A DNA stretch of 64,000 nucleotides from a virus: positions 1 to 64,000 of the IMG/VR virus record IMGVR_UViG_3300017917_001616; one strand, written 5' to 3'. The notes under the pieces are model-generated. The model saw nothing but the letters and a program-made list of their open reading frames with translations, had not been told where the DNA came from and ran no database searches. Of the stretch, positions 1-9,689 are shown piece after piece. The position numbers and the translations under genes are program-made. Each line of letters opens with the position of its first letter. Position 1 is the first letter of the stretch.

Positions 1-1
1 A

Positions 2-1186
2 ACTATCGGTTGGGTAACACACGACAATACTGACCAAACTTCACAACGTGGTGTATTATTTGCAGATATAACTAAAACTGCCGGAAACGCTGGTACATTA
101 CTAGACGGCGCACCGAGCCCAGGGCTTTATCCAAATGGCATGATCGCTATTAACATGGCAAAAAGCAAAAATACACTACGAGTGTATAATTCAACAGACG
201 GAGCATGGAGAAATGCCGTAAGCAATCATGCAGACGGTAGCGGAAGATTCGGTCGTTTTGCACAACGCCAATATATTGCTAATGCAATGCAAGCGGCTGC
301 AGCGGGTGAAGATTTAAGAGATCCACAATACACCTTTAGCTTACTTGCTGCACCAGGCTATCCTGAACTAACTGATGAACTAGTATCACTTAACAGTGAT
401 CGTGGCGAAACTGCGTTCATCATCATTGACTCGCCAATGCGTAAAAATCCAACACAAGTTGTGCAATGGGTTCAAAACGCAGATGTTGCAACAGAAAATG
501 GTGAAGATGGACTTGTAACAAATAACACATACAGTGCGGTTTATTACCCTGCAGCAACTACAACTGAACCAGTAAACGGTAACACAGTAGTTGTTCCTCC
601 AAGCCATGTTGCGTTGTATACATATGCATATAATGATAATATTAGCTATGTATGGTTCCCGCCAGCAGGAACAACACGTGGTGTAGTTCAAAACGCAAGC
701 GCAGTTGGTTATTTGACTACAGAGAACGAGTTTAAAGCAATTTCTCTAACACAAGGTCAACGTGACGCAATGTATCAAAATAAACTTAATCCGATTACTA
801 CATTTGTTGGTAACGGAACAGTTGTTTTTGGTCAAAAAACACTGCACACTTCAACTAGTGCGCTAGATCGTGTTAACGTTGCAAGACTTGTTGCGTATCT
901 AAGAGAGCGGTTCGATGCTTTAGCTCGTCCTTTCTTGTTTGAATTAAACGATGCACAAACTAGAGAAAGAGCAAAGCTAGTATTTGAAAAGTTCTTAGCT
1001 GATATTTTAGCAAAGCGTGGTGTTTATGACTATGCTGTTGTTTGTGATGAATCAAACAATACCCCTGCTAGAATTGATCGTAACGAACTATGGATTGATA
1101 TTGCAATTGAACCAGCTAAAGCTGTTGAATTTATCTATATCCCAATCCGTATTGTCAATACAGGAACACTTTCAACTACTGTATAA
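2..1186 (+). CDS. Tail sheath protein (T4 gp18-like), C-terminal part; frame is open from the window start
   Basis: Sheath C-terminal motifs (WFPPAG..RG, LNPI, FGQKT, RVNVARL, VVCDESNNTP, IEPAKAVEFIYI); no stop upstream of 140 in this frame. Confidence 0.93.
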   Translation, partial: TIGWVTHDNTDQTSQRGVLFADITKTAGNAGTLLDGAPSPGLYPNGMIAINMAKSKNTLRVYNSTDGAWRNAVSNHADGSGRFGRFAQRQYIANAMQAAAAGEDLRDPQYTFSLLAAPGYPELTDELVSLNSDRGETAFIIIDSPMRKNPTQVVQWVQNADVATENGEDGLVTNNTYSAVYYPAATTTEPVNGNTVVVPPSHVALYTYAYNDNISYVWFPPAGTTRGVVQNASAVGYLTTENEFKAISLTQGQRDAMYQNKLNPITTFVGNGTVVFGQKTLHTSTSALDRVNVARLVAYLRERFDALARPFLFELNDAQTRERAKLVFEKFLADILAKRGVYDYAVVCDESNNTPARIDRNELWIDIAIEPAKAVEFIYIPIRIVNTGTLSTTV

Positions 1187-1208
1187 TATATACTATTAAC
1201 ATAGTATT

Positions 1209-1239
1209 TAATGGGCGATTTCGGTCGCCCATTTTTTTT
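1209..1239 (+). terminator. Rho-independent terminator after the sheath gene
   Basis: aatgggcga-tttcgg-tcgcccatt hairpin followed by a T run. Confidence 0.85.
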
Positions 1240-1252
1240 CACTAAATTTTAA

Positions 1253-1258
1253 TAAATA
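1253..1258 (+). promoter_or_regulatory. T4-like late promoter core TAAATA (also at 3549, 7106, 17821, 21569, 27349, 45051, 52118, 52522, 53801, 56315, 61665)
   Basis: Recurs shortly upstream of structural-gene starts; resembles the T4 late TATAAATA box. Confidence 0.65.
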
Positions 1259-1287
1259 CATACAGCCAGTATTAAGAGGAGATTAAA

Positions 1288-1878
1288 ATGGCAGTTTTAA
1301 CAACACTAGGCGTTCCTGATAACACAGGTAACACTACAACACTTATGCCAAAACTAGCATACCGCTTCCGTGTAACATTTATCGGCGGTGCGTTCACTGC
1401 AACACCTACTCGTAGCGTCATTAGCGCAGGACGTCCGTCACTACAACACGATCCAGTTCAACTTGATGCATATAACAGCAGAATATATCTAGCTGGTAAG
1501 CACACATGGCAAGAAGTTGGTATTATGCTAAGAGACGATATTGATGGAATTATTGTAAGAGAACTTAACGCTCAAATGAATCGTCAGATTGACCATGCAA
1601 ATCAATCAAGTCCAAGAGCAGGATCTGCATATAAGTTTACAACTGTAGTTGAAAACCTTGACGGTGCAAGTCCTAACCCAGGCGTTCTTAACAGATACGA
1701 ATTGTCAGGTTGCTATATTAGTAGCATTTCATACGGTGATATGAATTACGCATCCAGTGACCAAGTTGCAATACAGATTAGTATTCGCTACGACAATGCA
1801 GAAATTTACGATGCAGCAGGTCTACCAACGCTAACAGGCGCTACAATTGACCAAACTGCAGGACTAGCAACAGGTTAA
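1288..1878 (+). CDS. Tail tube protein (gp19-like)
   Basis: Follows the sheath gene; PKLAYRFRVTF, YLAGKHTW, GCYI..ISYGDMNY pattern. Confidence 0.85.
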   Translation: MAVLTTLGVPDNTGNTTTLMPKLAYRFRVTFIGGAFTATPTRSVISAGRPSLQHDPVQLDAYNSRIYLAGKHTWQEVGIMLRDDIDGIIVRELNAQMNRQIDHANQSSPRAGSAYKFTTVVENLDGASPNPGVLNRYELSGCYISSISYGDMNYASSDQVAIQISIRYDNAEIYDAAGLPTLTGATIDQTAGLATG

Positions 1879-1894
1879 TAGATAGATTTAAACA

Positions 1895-2590
1895 ATGGTT
1901 GGAGCAATTTTTAATACTGGCCCTTTTAACGCTGCCGCTGCAGTATACGGTGCAGATTCAGATCCGCAAATATTCATGCCAAGGCAGCGTTTTCAGTTCC
2001 AACTTCAATTGGGTATTAACCCATCTATAAGTATACCTGGTTTAGATGATTTAAAAGCAGAAAACTTTATATTTCATCGAGTTCAATCAGTTGCATTACC
2101 AGATTATCAACATAACGTAGTGCCTGTTAATCAATATAACAGGATACGTTATGTTCCGACACGTATGACTCCTACGCCTTTCAATGTTGTATTTTATGAT
2201 ACAAGAGACAATATGTTTCAAATCATATTAGAATCATATAATAAACATTATTTTCACGGAGCAAACTTAGATCCTAATCAGATTTTTAATTACGATGCGT
2301 TGTCGGATCAAACAAATAATGTATACGGAACAAAACTATTAACAACTGCTACACGCTATTTCTTTGACTTTGTAAGAATTAGAACAAGAGATACTCCTAC
2401 AACAGGTAGAGAAATTACTTGCTTTAATTGCACAATATCAAGTGTCAATCATGACATGGTAAATTATAGCGATAGTAATCCAGTGACATGGCAAGTGCAG
2501 TTTCAACCAGAGCAAGTTAATATTGTTTCGGTCGTTATTGATAGTAACGGAGTTGCATCAACTTCTCCTACATCAAATGCTATAAGGTAA
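1895..2590 (+). CDS. Tail tube-like / baseplate tube initiator protein
   Basis: Tube-fold pattern (VALP..NQYNR, VFYDT, CTISSVNHD..Y) and position. Confidence 0.55.
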   Translation: MVGAIFNTGPFNAAAAVYGADSDPQIFMPRQRFQFQLQLGINPSISIPGLDDLKAENFIFHRVQSVALPDYQHNVVPVNQYNRIRYVPTRMTPTPFNVVFYDTRDNMFQIILESYNKHYFHGANLDPNQIFNYDALSDQTNNVYGTKLLTTATRYFFDFVRIRTRDTPTTGREITCFNCTISSVNHDMVNYSDSNPVTWQVQFQPEQVNIVSVVIDSNGVASTSPTSNAIR

Positions 2591-2592
2591 TA

Positions 2593-3024
2593 ATGTCCAA
2601 GTTTCAGCAAGGAATATTTGAACCTAAAAATCCTACCAAGTATATAGGTAAACACACACCTAGATATCGATCTAGTTGGGAATTAAAATTTATGCGAGTG
2701 CTAGATTCGCACCCATACGTCTTAGCGTGGGCAAGCGAAAGCCATCGAATCCCTTACTTTAATCCGTTAACAAACAGACATACAGTTTATGTCCCTGATT
2801 TTTTCATGATATACGAAGACAAAATGGGGAAGCGTCATGCTGAGTTTATCGAAATAAAACCTGCTGGCCAAGTATTAGGAAAAGCTAAGAGCCAACAACA
2901 AAAAGCACAAGCAATTGTAAACGAAGCAAAATGGAAGGCTGCAAAAACGTTTGCAGAAAAGCAAGGAGTAGGTTTTAGAGTCCTAACTGAAAACGAACTC
3001 TTTAATAATCCAGGAAAAAGATAA
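2593..3024 (+). CDS. Head completion nuclease (T4 gp4 / TnsA N-terminal-like)
   Basis: PKNPTKYIG, YRSSWE, WASE, YVPDF, IEIKP, NEAKW..A motifs. Confidence 0.85.
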   Translation: MSKFQQGIFEPKNPTKYIGKHTPRYRSSWELKFMRVLDSHPYVLAWASESHRIPYFNPLTNRHTVYVPDFFMIYEDKMGKRHAEFIEIKPAGQVLGKAKSQQQKAQAIVNEAKWKAAKTFAEKQGVGFRVLTENELFNNPGKR

Positions 3025-3548
3025 TGTCAAGAAAAATAGAAGAAGTTTTTAACTTACCGCCAAATGAAGAAGTTGACGATAGTGAAATTGATAAGCCAAT
3101 AGCTGATGATGAGACTGGTTTTGATTTAATGTCTCTGCAGCATACTTTAGACGTAGCGGATAAGATAGACCAAGCATTGCCCGTTGTTCGTGATCTAGAA
3201 ACATTAGACAAAGACATGGACAAGTATGCAGAAGAAGCAATGAAAGCATTTAAAGACTTAATGGATTTAGGTCAAAATGTTGACGACAGGAATGCCGCTG
3301 CTATCTTCGACGTTGCGGGTAAAATGATGAGCAATGCTATTGTTGCAAAACAAACAAAGTTAGATAAAAAATTAAAAATGATTGAATTGCAGATGCGTAA
3401 AGCGAAACTTGATCTCGATACACGTAAAGTAGATGCAGCACTTAAAGAAAAAGAGGACAGCCCACTCGAAGGTCAAGCAGAAGAATTTGAAGATAGAAAT
3501 AGTTTAATCAATGCTGTCATCGAACGAATGAAAACAGGCAAAGCGTGA
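3024..3548 (+). CDS. Hypothetical coiled-coil protein, possibly small terminase subunit
   Basis: Helical 174 aa protein with a DRNSLI C-terminal motif, upstream of TerL. Confidence 0.4.
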   Translation: MSRKIEEVFNLPPNEEVDDSEIDKPIADDETGFDLMSLQHTLDVADKIDQALPVVRDLETLDKDMDKYAEEAMKAFKDLMDLGQNVDDRNAAAIFDVAGKMMSNAIVAKQTKLDKKLKMIELQMRKAKLDLDTRKVDAALKEKEDSPLEGQAEEFEDRNSLINAVIERMKTGKA

Positions 3549-3575
3549 TAAATAATTACAACAGGTAGGATTATC

Positions 3576-4073
3576 ATGAAGAGTCTAAAACATTATTTGG
3601 CAGAAAATGAAAAGAGCTACGAATTTAGAATTCGCACAGTAGTCGAAATGTCAAGCGAACAACTTGACAAGTTAGAACAACATCTGATGAAGTATAACGT
3701 TGAAAGCGTTAGTGCTCCAAAGAAAACTATTATGCAAAAGTCACCATATGGCTTTGCTGAATGGGGGCCTGCAGAGGTTTACATATTTGACATTACAGCA
3801 AAGTTACCGGTTACAAGTAACGTTCTTCATGAAGAAATATCAAAGGCAACCGGTTTGCCAATGCAAGCAATTCTAGTTCGTAATAAATTAGAAGATGAAA
3901 ATATTAGTGCAGTTCAAGAAGAGCCTGCAGATTCAAAAAGCGTGTTAGCAGATGCAGACTATAGCGATTCCGCTAAAGTAAAGCACGATGATTATTATGG
4001 TAACGGCTTTGTTGCAAAGTTTGTAAAAAACTTACCAAAGACTGAGTTGTCAAAAGAGTATAAGGTAAAATAA
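3576..4073 (+). CDS. Hypothetical late/virion protein
   Basis: ORF preceded by TAAATA and an SD; MKSLKHYLAE N-terminus. Confidence 0.6.
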   Translation: MKSLKHYLAENEKSYEFRIRTVVEMSSEQLDKLEQHLMKYNVESVSAPKKTIMQKSPYGFAEWGPAEVYIFDITAKLPVTSNVLHEEISKATGLPMQAILVRNKLEDENISAVQEEPADSKSVLADADYSDSAKVKHDDYYGNGFVAKFVKNLPKTELSKEYKVK

Positions 4074-4074
4074 A

Positions 4075-4644
4075 ATGGACTTAATGGATCTATTAAAATT
4101 AGCAGGCATCAGTGTTCAAATGCAACCAGCAGACGAACCATCATGTGGCTGCGGCGGCACATGCGGATGCGGCATGAGTGAATCGGAAGGTGCAGGGTTT
4201 GATGACGCAACAACTGAACCAAACCCAGAAGAATTTCCGGACGGTATTAGCACACTTGGTAGTGTAAGTGATACTAGCTTACGTCGTTATTTGAAAGCAA
4301 GAGGCGATCATGTAACTGTTGATGAAGACATTTATCCAGATTATACAGTTGAAGATATAGCAGAATCTTATAAGTCATTTACAGAAAAAGCAAAGAGTCC
4401 ATATGCAGTTGGCATGGCACAGGCAATGAAATCAACAGGTGACGAACCACCACTCAAGAAATCGACAATCAAAAAAGCACATGATATTGCAAAGGCAGTT
4501 GACGAAGCAGCAAAACCAGATTATATTGATATTGATGGCGATGGGGATAAGAAGGAGCCGATGAAAAAAGCGGCTAAAGATAAAGAAGAAACTAAGGCAA
4601 ACGAATCACTCGAATACCTAAAAAAACTAGCAGGAGTAGCATAA
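4075..4644 (+). CDS. Acidic head-associated hypothetical protein
   Basis: LLKLAGI and NESLEYLKKLAGV motifs; DIDGDGD motif. Confidence 0.55.
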   Translation: MDLMDLLKLAGISVQMQPADEPSCGCGGTCGCGMSESEGAGFDDATTEPNPEEFPDGISTLGSVSDTSLRRYLKARGDHVTVDEDIYPDYTVEDIAESYKSFTEKAKSPYAVGMAQAMKSTGDEPPLKKSTIKKAHDIAKAVDEAAKPDYIDIDGDGDKKEPMKKAAKDKEETKANESLEYLKKLAGVA

Positions 4645-4645
4645 G

Positions 4646-5497
4646 ATGTCAGAGCAGAAAATCGCAAACACATTTGAAAAAATGAGAACTACTATCGATC
4701 AATATACTACTGTTGTTCGTCAGGGTGGTGCTCTTTGGAAATCGATCGAAGAACTTGGCGGCGACCCTGCGTGGCTTAATGACATTAAAACTGCGCTCGA
4801 CGCAGTGTATAGTGCAATCGACGAAGCAGACATGGGTGCAAGAATGCATTTAGATATGCAAGACGAGTCTGCAGACTTAAGCGAAGAGCCAAATGAAGGT
4901 AACGAATTCAGTGGTGCATTGGCACAAGCAAAGCAAGCAGGAAAAAAAGAATTCGAAGTAGACGGCAAAAAATACAAAGTGCAAGAAGGCGCAACTATTA
5001 GCCCAACTTATATCAAACATTTAAAATTTAAATACGGCGATAAGCAAAGCCTAACACCTAAAGAACAGCGTGAAATTGTTAAAGACATTCTAAATAGATG
5101 GGACTTTAAAAATATTGAAACTATCATGAACGCAGACATTCCGCACGTAAGTCAAATGGCAAAAATGTATTTGAAAAAGAGAACACCGGGCGGTATGAAC
5201 AAATACAACGAAAATAACATGTTTATGGGCGCAGTTGGCAAGCCATATGAAGACGAAGACAATCCAGTAAAAGATGCTATCATACATCGACTAAGTGTAA
5301 GTTATGGCATGGAAGATTTACTAAAGAAATACGGGCTAGATCGTGTAGAAGCTGCAATTGATGATGTTGCTGGTTTCCATGACGATGTAGAAGAACTAGG
5401 CTCAAGCGATATTAGTATTATGGTTAAACAAGTAATGAATAACCTAGAATCAACTAACGAAAGTTTAGATTACCTTAAAAAACTCGCAGGCATTTAA
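4646..5497 (+). CDS. Acidic head-associated hypothetical protein
   Basis: Ends in NESLDYLKKLAGI, shared with the upstream ORF. Confidence 0.55.
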   Translation: MSEQKIANTFEKMRTTIDQYTTVVRQGGALWKSIEELGGDPAWLNDIKTALDAVYSAIDEADMGARMHLDMQDESADLSEEPNEGNEFSGALAQAKQAGKKEFEVDGKKYKVQEGATISPTYIKHLKFKYGDKQSLTPKEQREIVKDILNRWDFKNIETIMNADIPHVSQMAKMYLKKRTPGGMNKYNENNMFMGAVGKPYEDEDNPVKDAIIHRLSVSYGMEDLLKKYGLDRVEAAIDDVAGFHDDVEELGSSDISIMVKQVMNNLESTNESLDYLKKLAGI

Positions 5498-5557
5498 GGT
5501 TAGTTTACAGGTAGGGGCAGTGTATTAACACTGCCTCTTATCTTGATAAGTAGTTAT

Positions 5558-7108
5558 ATGTCAGTTGATACAAATTTAATCAAAAAACCCTATAGTAAAG
5601 AAAAGTTTACACCCCAGCAGCTACAAGAACTTGCAATGTCGGCTGTTGATCCCCAATATTTTATCAAAAATTTTTGTTATATTCAACATCCTACTAAAGG
5701 TAGGATGAAGTTTATGCTGTTTGAATATCAAGAACGATTAGTAGATGTATATCACAACTATCGTTATAGTATTGCAATGTTGCCCAGACAGACAGGTAAG
5801 TCTACGTGTGCAGCGGCATATTTGCTATGGTATGCAATGTTTAAGCCAGATAGCACTATTCTCATTGCAGCACACAAAATGAGCGGTGCTCAAGAAATTA
5901 TGCAACGTATACGTTTTATGTATGAATGTTGCCCTAATCATATACGTGCAGGTTCTACTGCGTATAACAAAGGTTCGTTGGAATTTGACAACGGCAGTCG
6001 TATTATTGCACAAGCCACTACAGAAAATACAGGTCGTGGGTTATCGCTCACCTTAGTTTACTTAGACGAATTTGCATTCGTTCCGCCACGCATTGCTAGC
6101 GAGTTTTGGACATCGCTATCGCCCACATTAAGCACAGGTGGTAAGTGTTTTATTACATCAACCCCAAACCAAGACAACGACCAGTTTGCACAAATTTGGA
6201 AGCAAGCAAATAAAACACAAGACGAATATGGTAACGAGACAGATGTTGGAGTTAACGGGTTTAAGAGTATACTTGTTGATTGGCGTGAACACCCAGACAG
6301 AGATGAAAAGTGGGCAGCAGAAGAACAAGGCAAAATCGGCGAAGAACGTTTCAGACGTGAACACGGTTGCGAGTTTATTACTGCAGACGAAACATTAATT
6401 AGCAGCCTTAAACTTAGTGTTATGGAAGGCAGAGACCCGTATCAGAGAACAGGCCAAGTTCGTTGGTATAAGAACATACAAAAAGGAAAAACATATATTG
6501 CAGGACTAGACCCGAGTTTAGGAACTGGCGGCGACAATGCTGCAATACAAGTATACGAACTGCCTGGCATGAAACAAGTTGCAGAATGGAAGCACAACAA
6601 AACAGCAATCACAGAGCAAATACGTATATTGAAAAGCATACTGCAAGCAATAAAAGATGAAGCACCGGACGCTGAAATATATTGGAGTGTAGAAAATAAT
6701 ACCCTAGGAGAGGCAGCGTTAGTTGTTATTAATGAAGTGGGTGAGGACAATATTCCGGGAACGTTTATTAGTCAGCCTAAATCTGCAGGTAGAATTCATA
6801 GAAAAGGATTCACAACAACTAACAAGTCGAAGTTGAGTGCATGTAGTAAATTGAAAACTTGGGTTGAAGGTAACAAGATCGAAATATCTAGTAACGCATT
6901 ATTAAGAGAACTAAAAACATTTGTTTCACGTGGTAGTAGTTTCTCTGCTAAAGATGGCGAAACAGACGATTTAGTAATGGCACTATTGTTAGTAGTCAGA
7001 ATTGCTCAACAAGTTGCACAGTATGATGAAACCACTTACAACGAATTAAAAGATACATTTGATGAGGATGAAGATCTTGCCCCTATGCCTTTTGTGTTTT
7101 TAACATAA
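5558..7108 (+). CDS. terL: Terminase large subunit (gp17-like)
   Basis: Walker A PRQTGKST, Walker B VYLDEFAF, ITSTP motif, nuclease GLDPS...DDLVMA. Confidence 0.95.
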   Translation: MSVDTNLIKKPYSKEKFTPQQLQELAMSAVDPQYFIKNFCYIQHPTKGRMKFMLFEYQERLVDVYHNYRYSIAMLPRQTGKSTCAAAYLLWYAMFKPDSTILIAAHKMSGAQEIMQRIRFMYECCPNHIRAGSTAYNKGSLEFDNGSRIIAQATTENTGRGLSLTLVYLDEFAFVPPRIASEFWTSLSPTLSTGGKCFITSTPNQDNDQFAQIWKQANKTQDEYGNETDVGVNGFKSILVDWREHPDRDEKWAAEEQGKIGEERFRREHGCEFITADETLISSLKLSVMEGRDPYQRTGQVRWYKNIQKGKTYIAGLDPSLGTGGDNAAIQVYELPGMKQVAEWKHNKTAITEQIRILKSILQAIKDEAPDAEIYWSVENNTLGEAALVVINEVGEDNIPGTFISQPKSAGRIHRKGFTTTNKSKLSACSKLKTWVEGNKIEISSNALLRELKTFVSRGSSFSAKDGETDDLVMALLLVVRIAQQVAQYDETTYNELKDTFDEDEDLAPMPFVFLT

Positions 7109-7130
7109 ATATAACAAAGGAATAATGTAA

Positions 7131-8495
7131 ATGTTAAGTTCGGAATCAGTTGCAGAAAAAGTTTTTAAAATCATTAAAGGCAATGGCTTTAATGTAGAGT
7201 TGTTCACTGACGAAGGTAAAAATACAGTAGATCCACAAGAAGCTCGTCGTTTTTATATACCTGATACTTTTACTATGGTGAATTTAGATGAAACTGATAG
7301 TAAGCGTGAACTCAAAGTTAGCTTGAGTGCAGGCACACAAATGGATCAAGTTAAAGATGTAATCAGACAACTTAAAACTTTGGCCAACCAAAGTATTATC
7401 GAATACACCTTAAAAACATTTACAAAAGAAATTACTCCAAAAGACTTTGATTATCAAGCACAGAAAGTTAGAGACATGAACGTTCAAGAATCCATCGGTG
7501 TAGCATACGGCAGCACAAAAAGCAGCTACCAAAAATTAGAAAATGCAAAACTTATCATTAAACACAAAAAGCCAGTAAATGAGGAACAACGTGGTAGCCG
7601 TAGTCGTAACATCAGTGCCATTTATATTGAAAATGCAGATGGAGAACGCTACAAATTTCCTAGCAATAACCTTGCTGGCGGTCGTGCAATGTTACGTCAT
7701 GTTAAAGAAGGCGGTAACCCATATGATGAGCTTGGACAACACATCATCGAAATGTGCGACGAATTAAAGCAGTTAAAAGAATTCAAGCGTTACAGTTTGC
7801 GTAACAATTTAGTAAGCGAAGACACATTTGATATTATCGAAGCAGTTTCGTCTAGAATAGTTTCTGTTCGTGAAAAATTAAATAAAAGCAAGGGCAGTAA
7901 AGGTTATGCTCGTATGGCGGAAGAGTTTAAAGCTGAAGAACAAACTATTAACGAAGATGACATTGCTACCATCAAAGATAAATTCACTGTAAGAACATTT
8001 GATGAAGGTCTTGACAGTGCGCTACCGTATGTCAATGCACTAATCAAAGAAATGGAAGCAGTGCGTGAGCGTGATGACTTTGCAAAAGAAACACTAGATA
8101 ATTTAACAAATTTAGTTAACAGAGTATCTAAAGTAAATTTAAGAGCTGGGGTGGAAATTAAATCAGATCCTGAAAATCCGATGAATAATACTACTTTAGC
8201 AAAAGCACCTTACCAACAACAATTGGGTGCAATATTCGAATACCTCAGCGGTATAATTGCTGGCGGTAAAGACGACGACGAATTATCAGTCACTCTCGCA
8301 AGAATGGGTGATTTGGTTGACAAAATTACAGACCGTGCTATGCTAGTGAAAGCAGCAAATGCTATTAAAGCACTGATGCCTAAGCTACAGCAAGGTGGTA
8401 ATGAGTCAATTGAAAGAGAATCAGTTATTACAACTGTCGAAAGCAAAATTAATAAAGTGTTCGACGGCTATAATTTTAAGAAACTTTTTAATTGA
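7131..8495 (+). CDS. Conserved hypothetical phage protein (late)
   Basis: 454 aa ORF with TAAATA and an AAGGA SD. Confidence 0.6.
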   Translation: MLSSESVAEKVFKIIKGNGFNVELFTDEGKNTVDPQEARRFYIPDTFTMVNLDETDSKRELKVSLSAGTQMDQVKDVIRQLKTLANQSIIEYTLKTFTKEITPKDFDYQAQKVRDMNVQESIGVAYGSTKSSYQKLENAKLIIKHKKPVNEEQRGSRSRNISAIYIENADGERYKFPSNNLAGGRAMLRHVKEGGNPYDELGQHIIEMCDELKQLKEFKRYSLRNNLVSEDTFDIIEAVSSRIVSVREKLNKSKGSKGYARMAEEFKAEEQTINEDDIATIKDKFTVRTFDEGLDSALPYVNALIKEMEAVRERDDFAKETLDNLTNLVNRVSKVNLRAGVEIKSDPENPMNNTTLAKAPYQQQLGAIFEYLSGIIAGGKDDDELSVTLARMGDLVDKITDRAMLVKAANAIKALMPKLQQGGNESIERESVITTVESKINKVFDGYNFKKLFN

Positions 8496-8595
8496 CAAGA
8501 TAAATAAAACACGTTACATTAGTGGTAATAAGTATTTTGCCACTAAGGTATACTTAGGCACAAAACATTATAGGCACATATAAGGAGAAAAAACT

Positions 8596-9624
8596 ATGGC
8601 TACATTGGCAGAAATTCGTGCAAAACTAAAAGAACAAGAAGCTCGCTCACAAGGAGCGTCTACCGGTGGAACAAGCGATAACGCTATCTTCCCATTTTGG
8701 AATATCCCAGAAAATTCAACAAGTGTGATTCGTTTCCTACCAGACGGAGATGCATCTAACACATACTTCTGGCGTGAACGTCTGATGATTAAAATTGAAT
8801 TTAACGGTGTTAAAGGTCAGCCAGATTCACGTAAAGTTACAGTAAATGTTCCATGTAACGAAATGTGGGGTCCTGTGGGCAGTTGCCCAGTTCTTAGCGA
8901 AGTTCGTGGGTGGTTTAAAGATCCTAACCTAGAAGAACTTGGTCGCAAATACTGGAAGAAAAAGAGCTATGTGTTCCAAGGCTTTGTAACAGAAAACAGC
9001 CTACAAGAAGAATCTGTTCCAGAAAATCCAATTCGCAGATTCATCATTAATCCAAGCATCTTTAAGATTATCAAAGGTGCGCTAATGGATACAGACTTTG
9101 AAAACATTCCAACTGATTATGAAGCTGGAACAGACTTCCGTCTTACTAAGTCACAAAAAGGTCAATATGCTGACTATAGCACTAGCTCTTGGGCCCGTCG
9201 TGAACGTAGCCTGAATAGCGAAGAACGTGCAGCTATTGAAAAGTTTGGTCTATTTAATCTTAACGATTATCTGCCAAAGCAGCCTAGCGAAGATGAGCTA
9301 CGTGCAATTCAAGAAATGTTTGAAGCAAGTGTTGACGGTCAAATGTATGACCCTGATCGTTGGGGTAACTTCTATCGTCCTGCAGGCGTTCAAATTGATA
9401 CTAGCAATAGTGCAGCAAACAACAGTGCATCTAAGCCGGCACCAAAGAGTATAGCGCAACCTTCACGTCCTGCGCCTGAAGCTCATGTTGACGAGGATGA
9501 CGAAATCCCTTTTGAAGGATCGGCTCCAAAGCCCAGTGCGCCGATTGTTAAGCCGGCCACAAGTGACGCTAAACCTAGCGCACAAGACATTCTAGCAGCG
9601 ATTCGTGCTAGAGGTTCAAACTAA
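8596..9624 (+). CDS. Single-stranded DNA-binding protein (T4 gp32-like)
   Basis: IRFLPD, CPV, YWKKKSY, G.DF.L.K...YADYSTS motifs; directly upstream of UvsX. Confidence 0.88.
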   Translation: MATLAEIRAKLKEQEARSQGASTGGTSDNAIFPFWNIPENSTSVIRFLPDGDASNTYFWRERLMIKIEFNGVKGQPDSRKVTVNVPCNEMWGPVGSCPVLSEVRGWFKDPNLEELGRKYWKKKSYVFQGFVTENSLQEESVPENPIRRFIINPSIFKIIKGALMDTDFENIPTDYEAGTDFRLTKSQKGQYADYSTSSWARRERSLNSEERAAIEKFGLFNLNDYLPKQPSEDELRAIQEMFEASVDGQMYDPDRWGNFYRPAGVQIDTSNSAANNSASKPAPKSIAQPSRPAPEAHVDEDDEIPFEGSAPKPSAPIVKPATSDAKPSAQDILAAIRARGSN

Positions 9625-9638
9625 TAAAATTTGAAAAT

Positions 9639-9672
9639 ATATAGGGCGGCATCAGTCGCCCTATATGTCTTT
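9639..9672 (+). terminator. Hairpin / probable terminator after the SSB gene
   Basis: atatagggcg...cgccctatat inverted repeat. Confidence 0.55.
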
Positions 9673-9689
9673 CTAATAGGAGATATATT

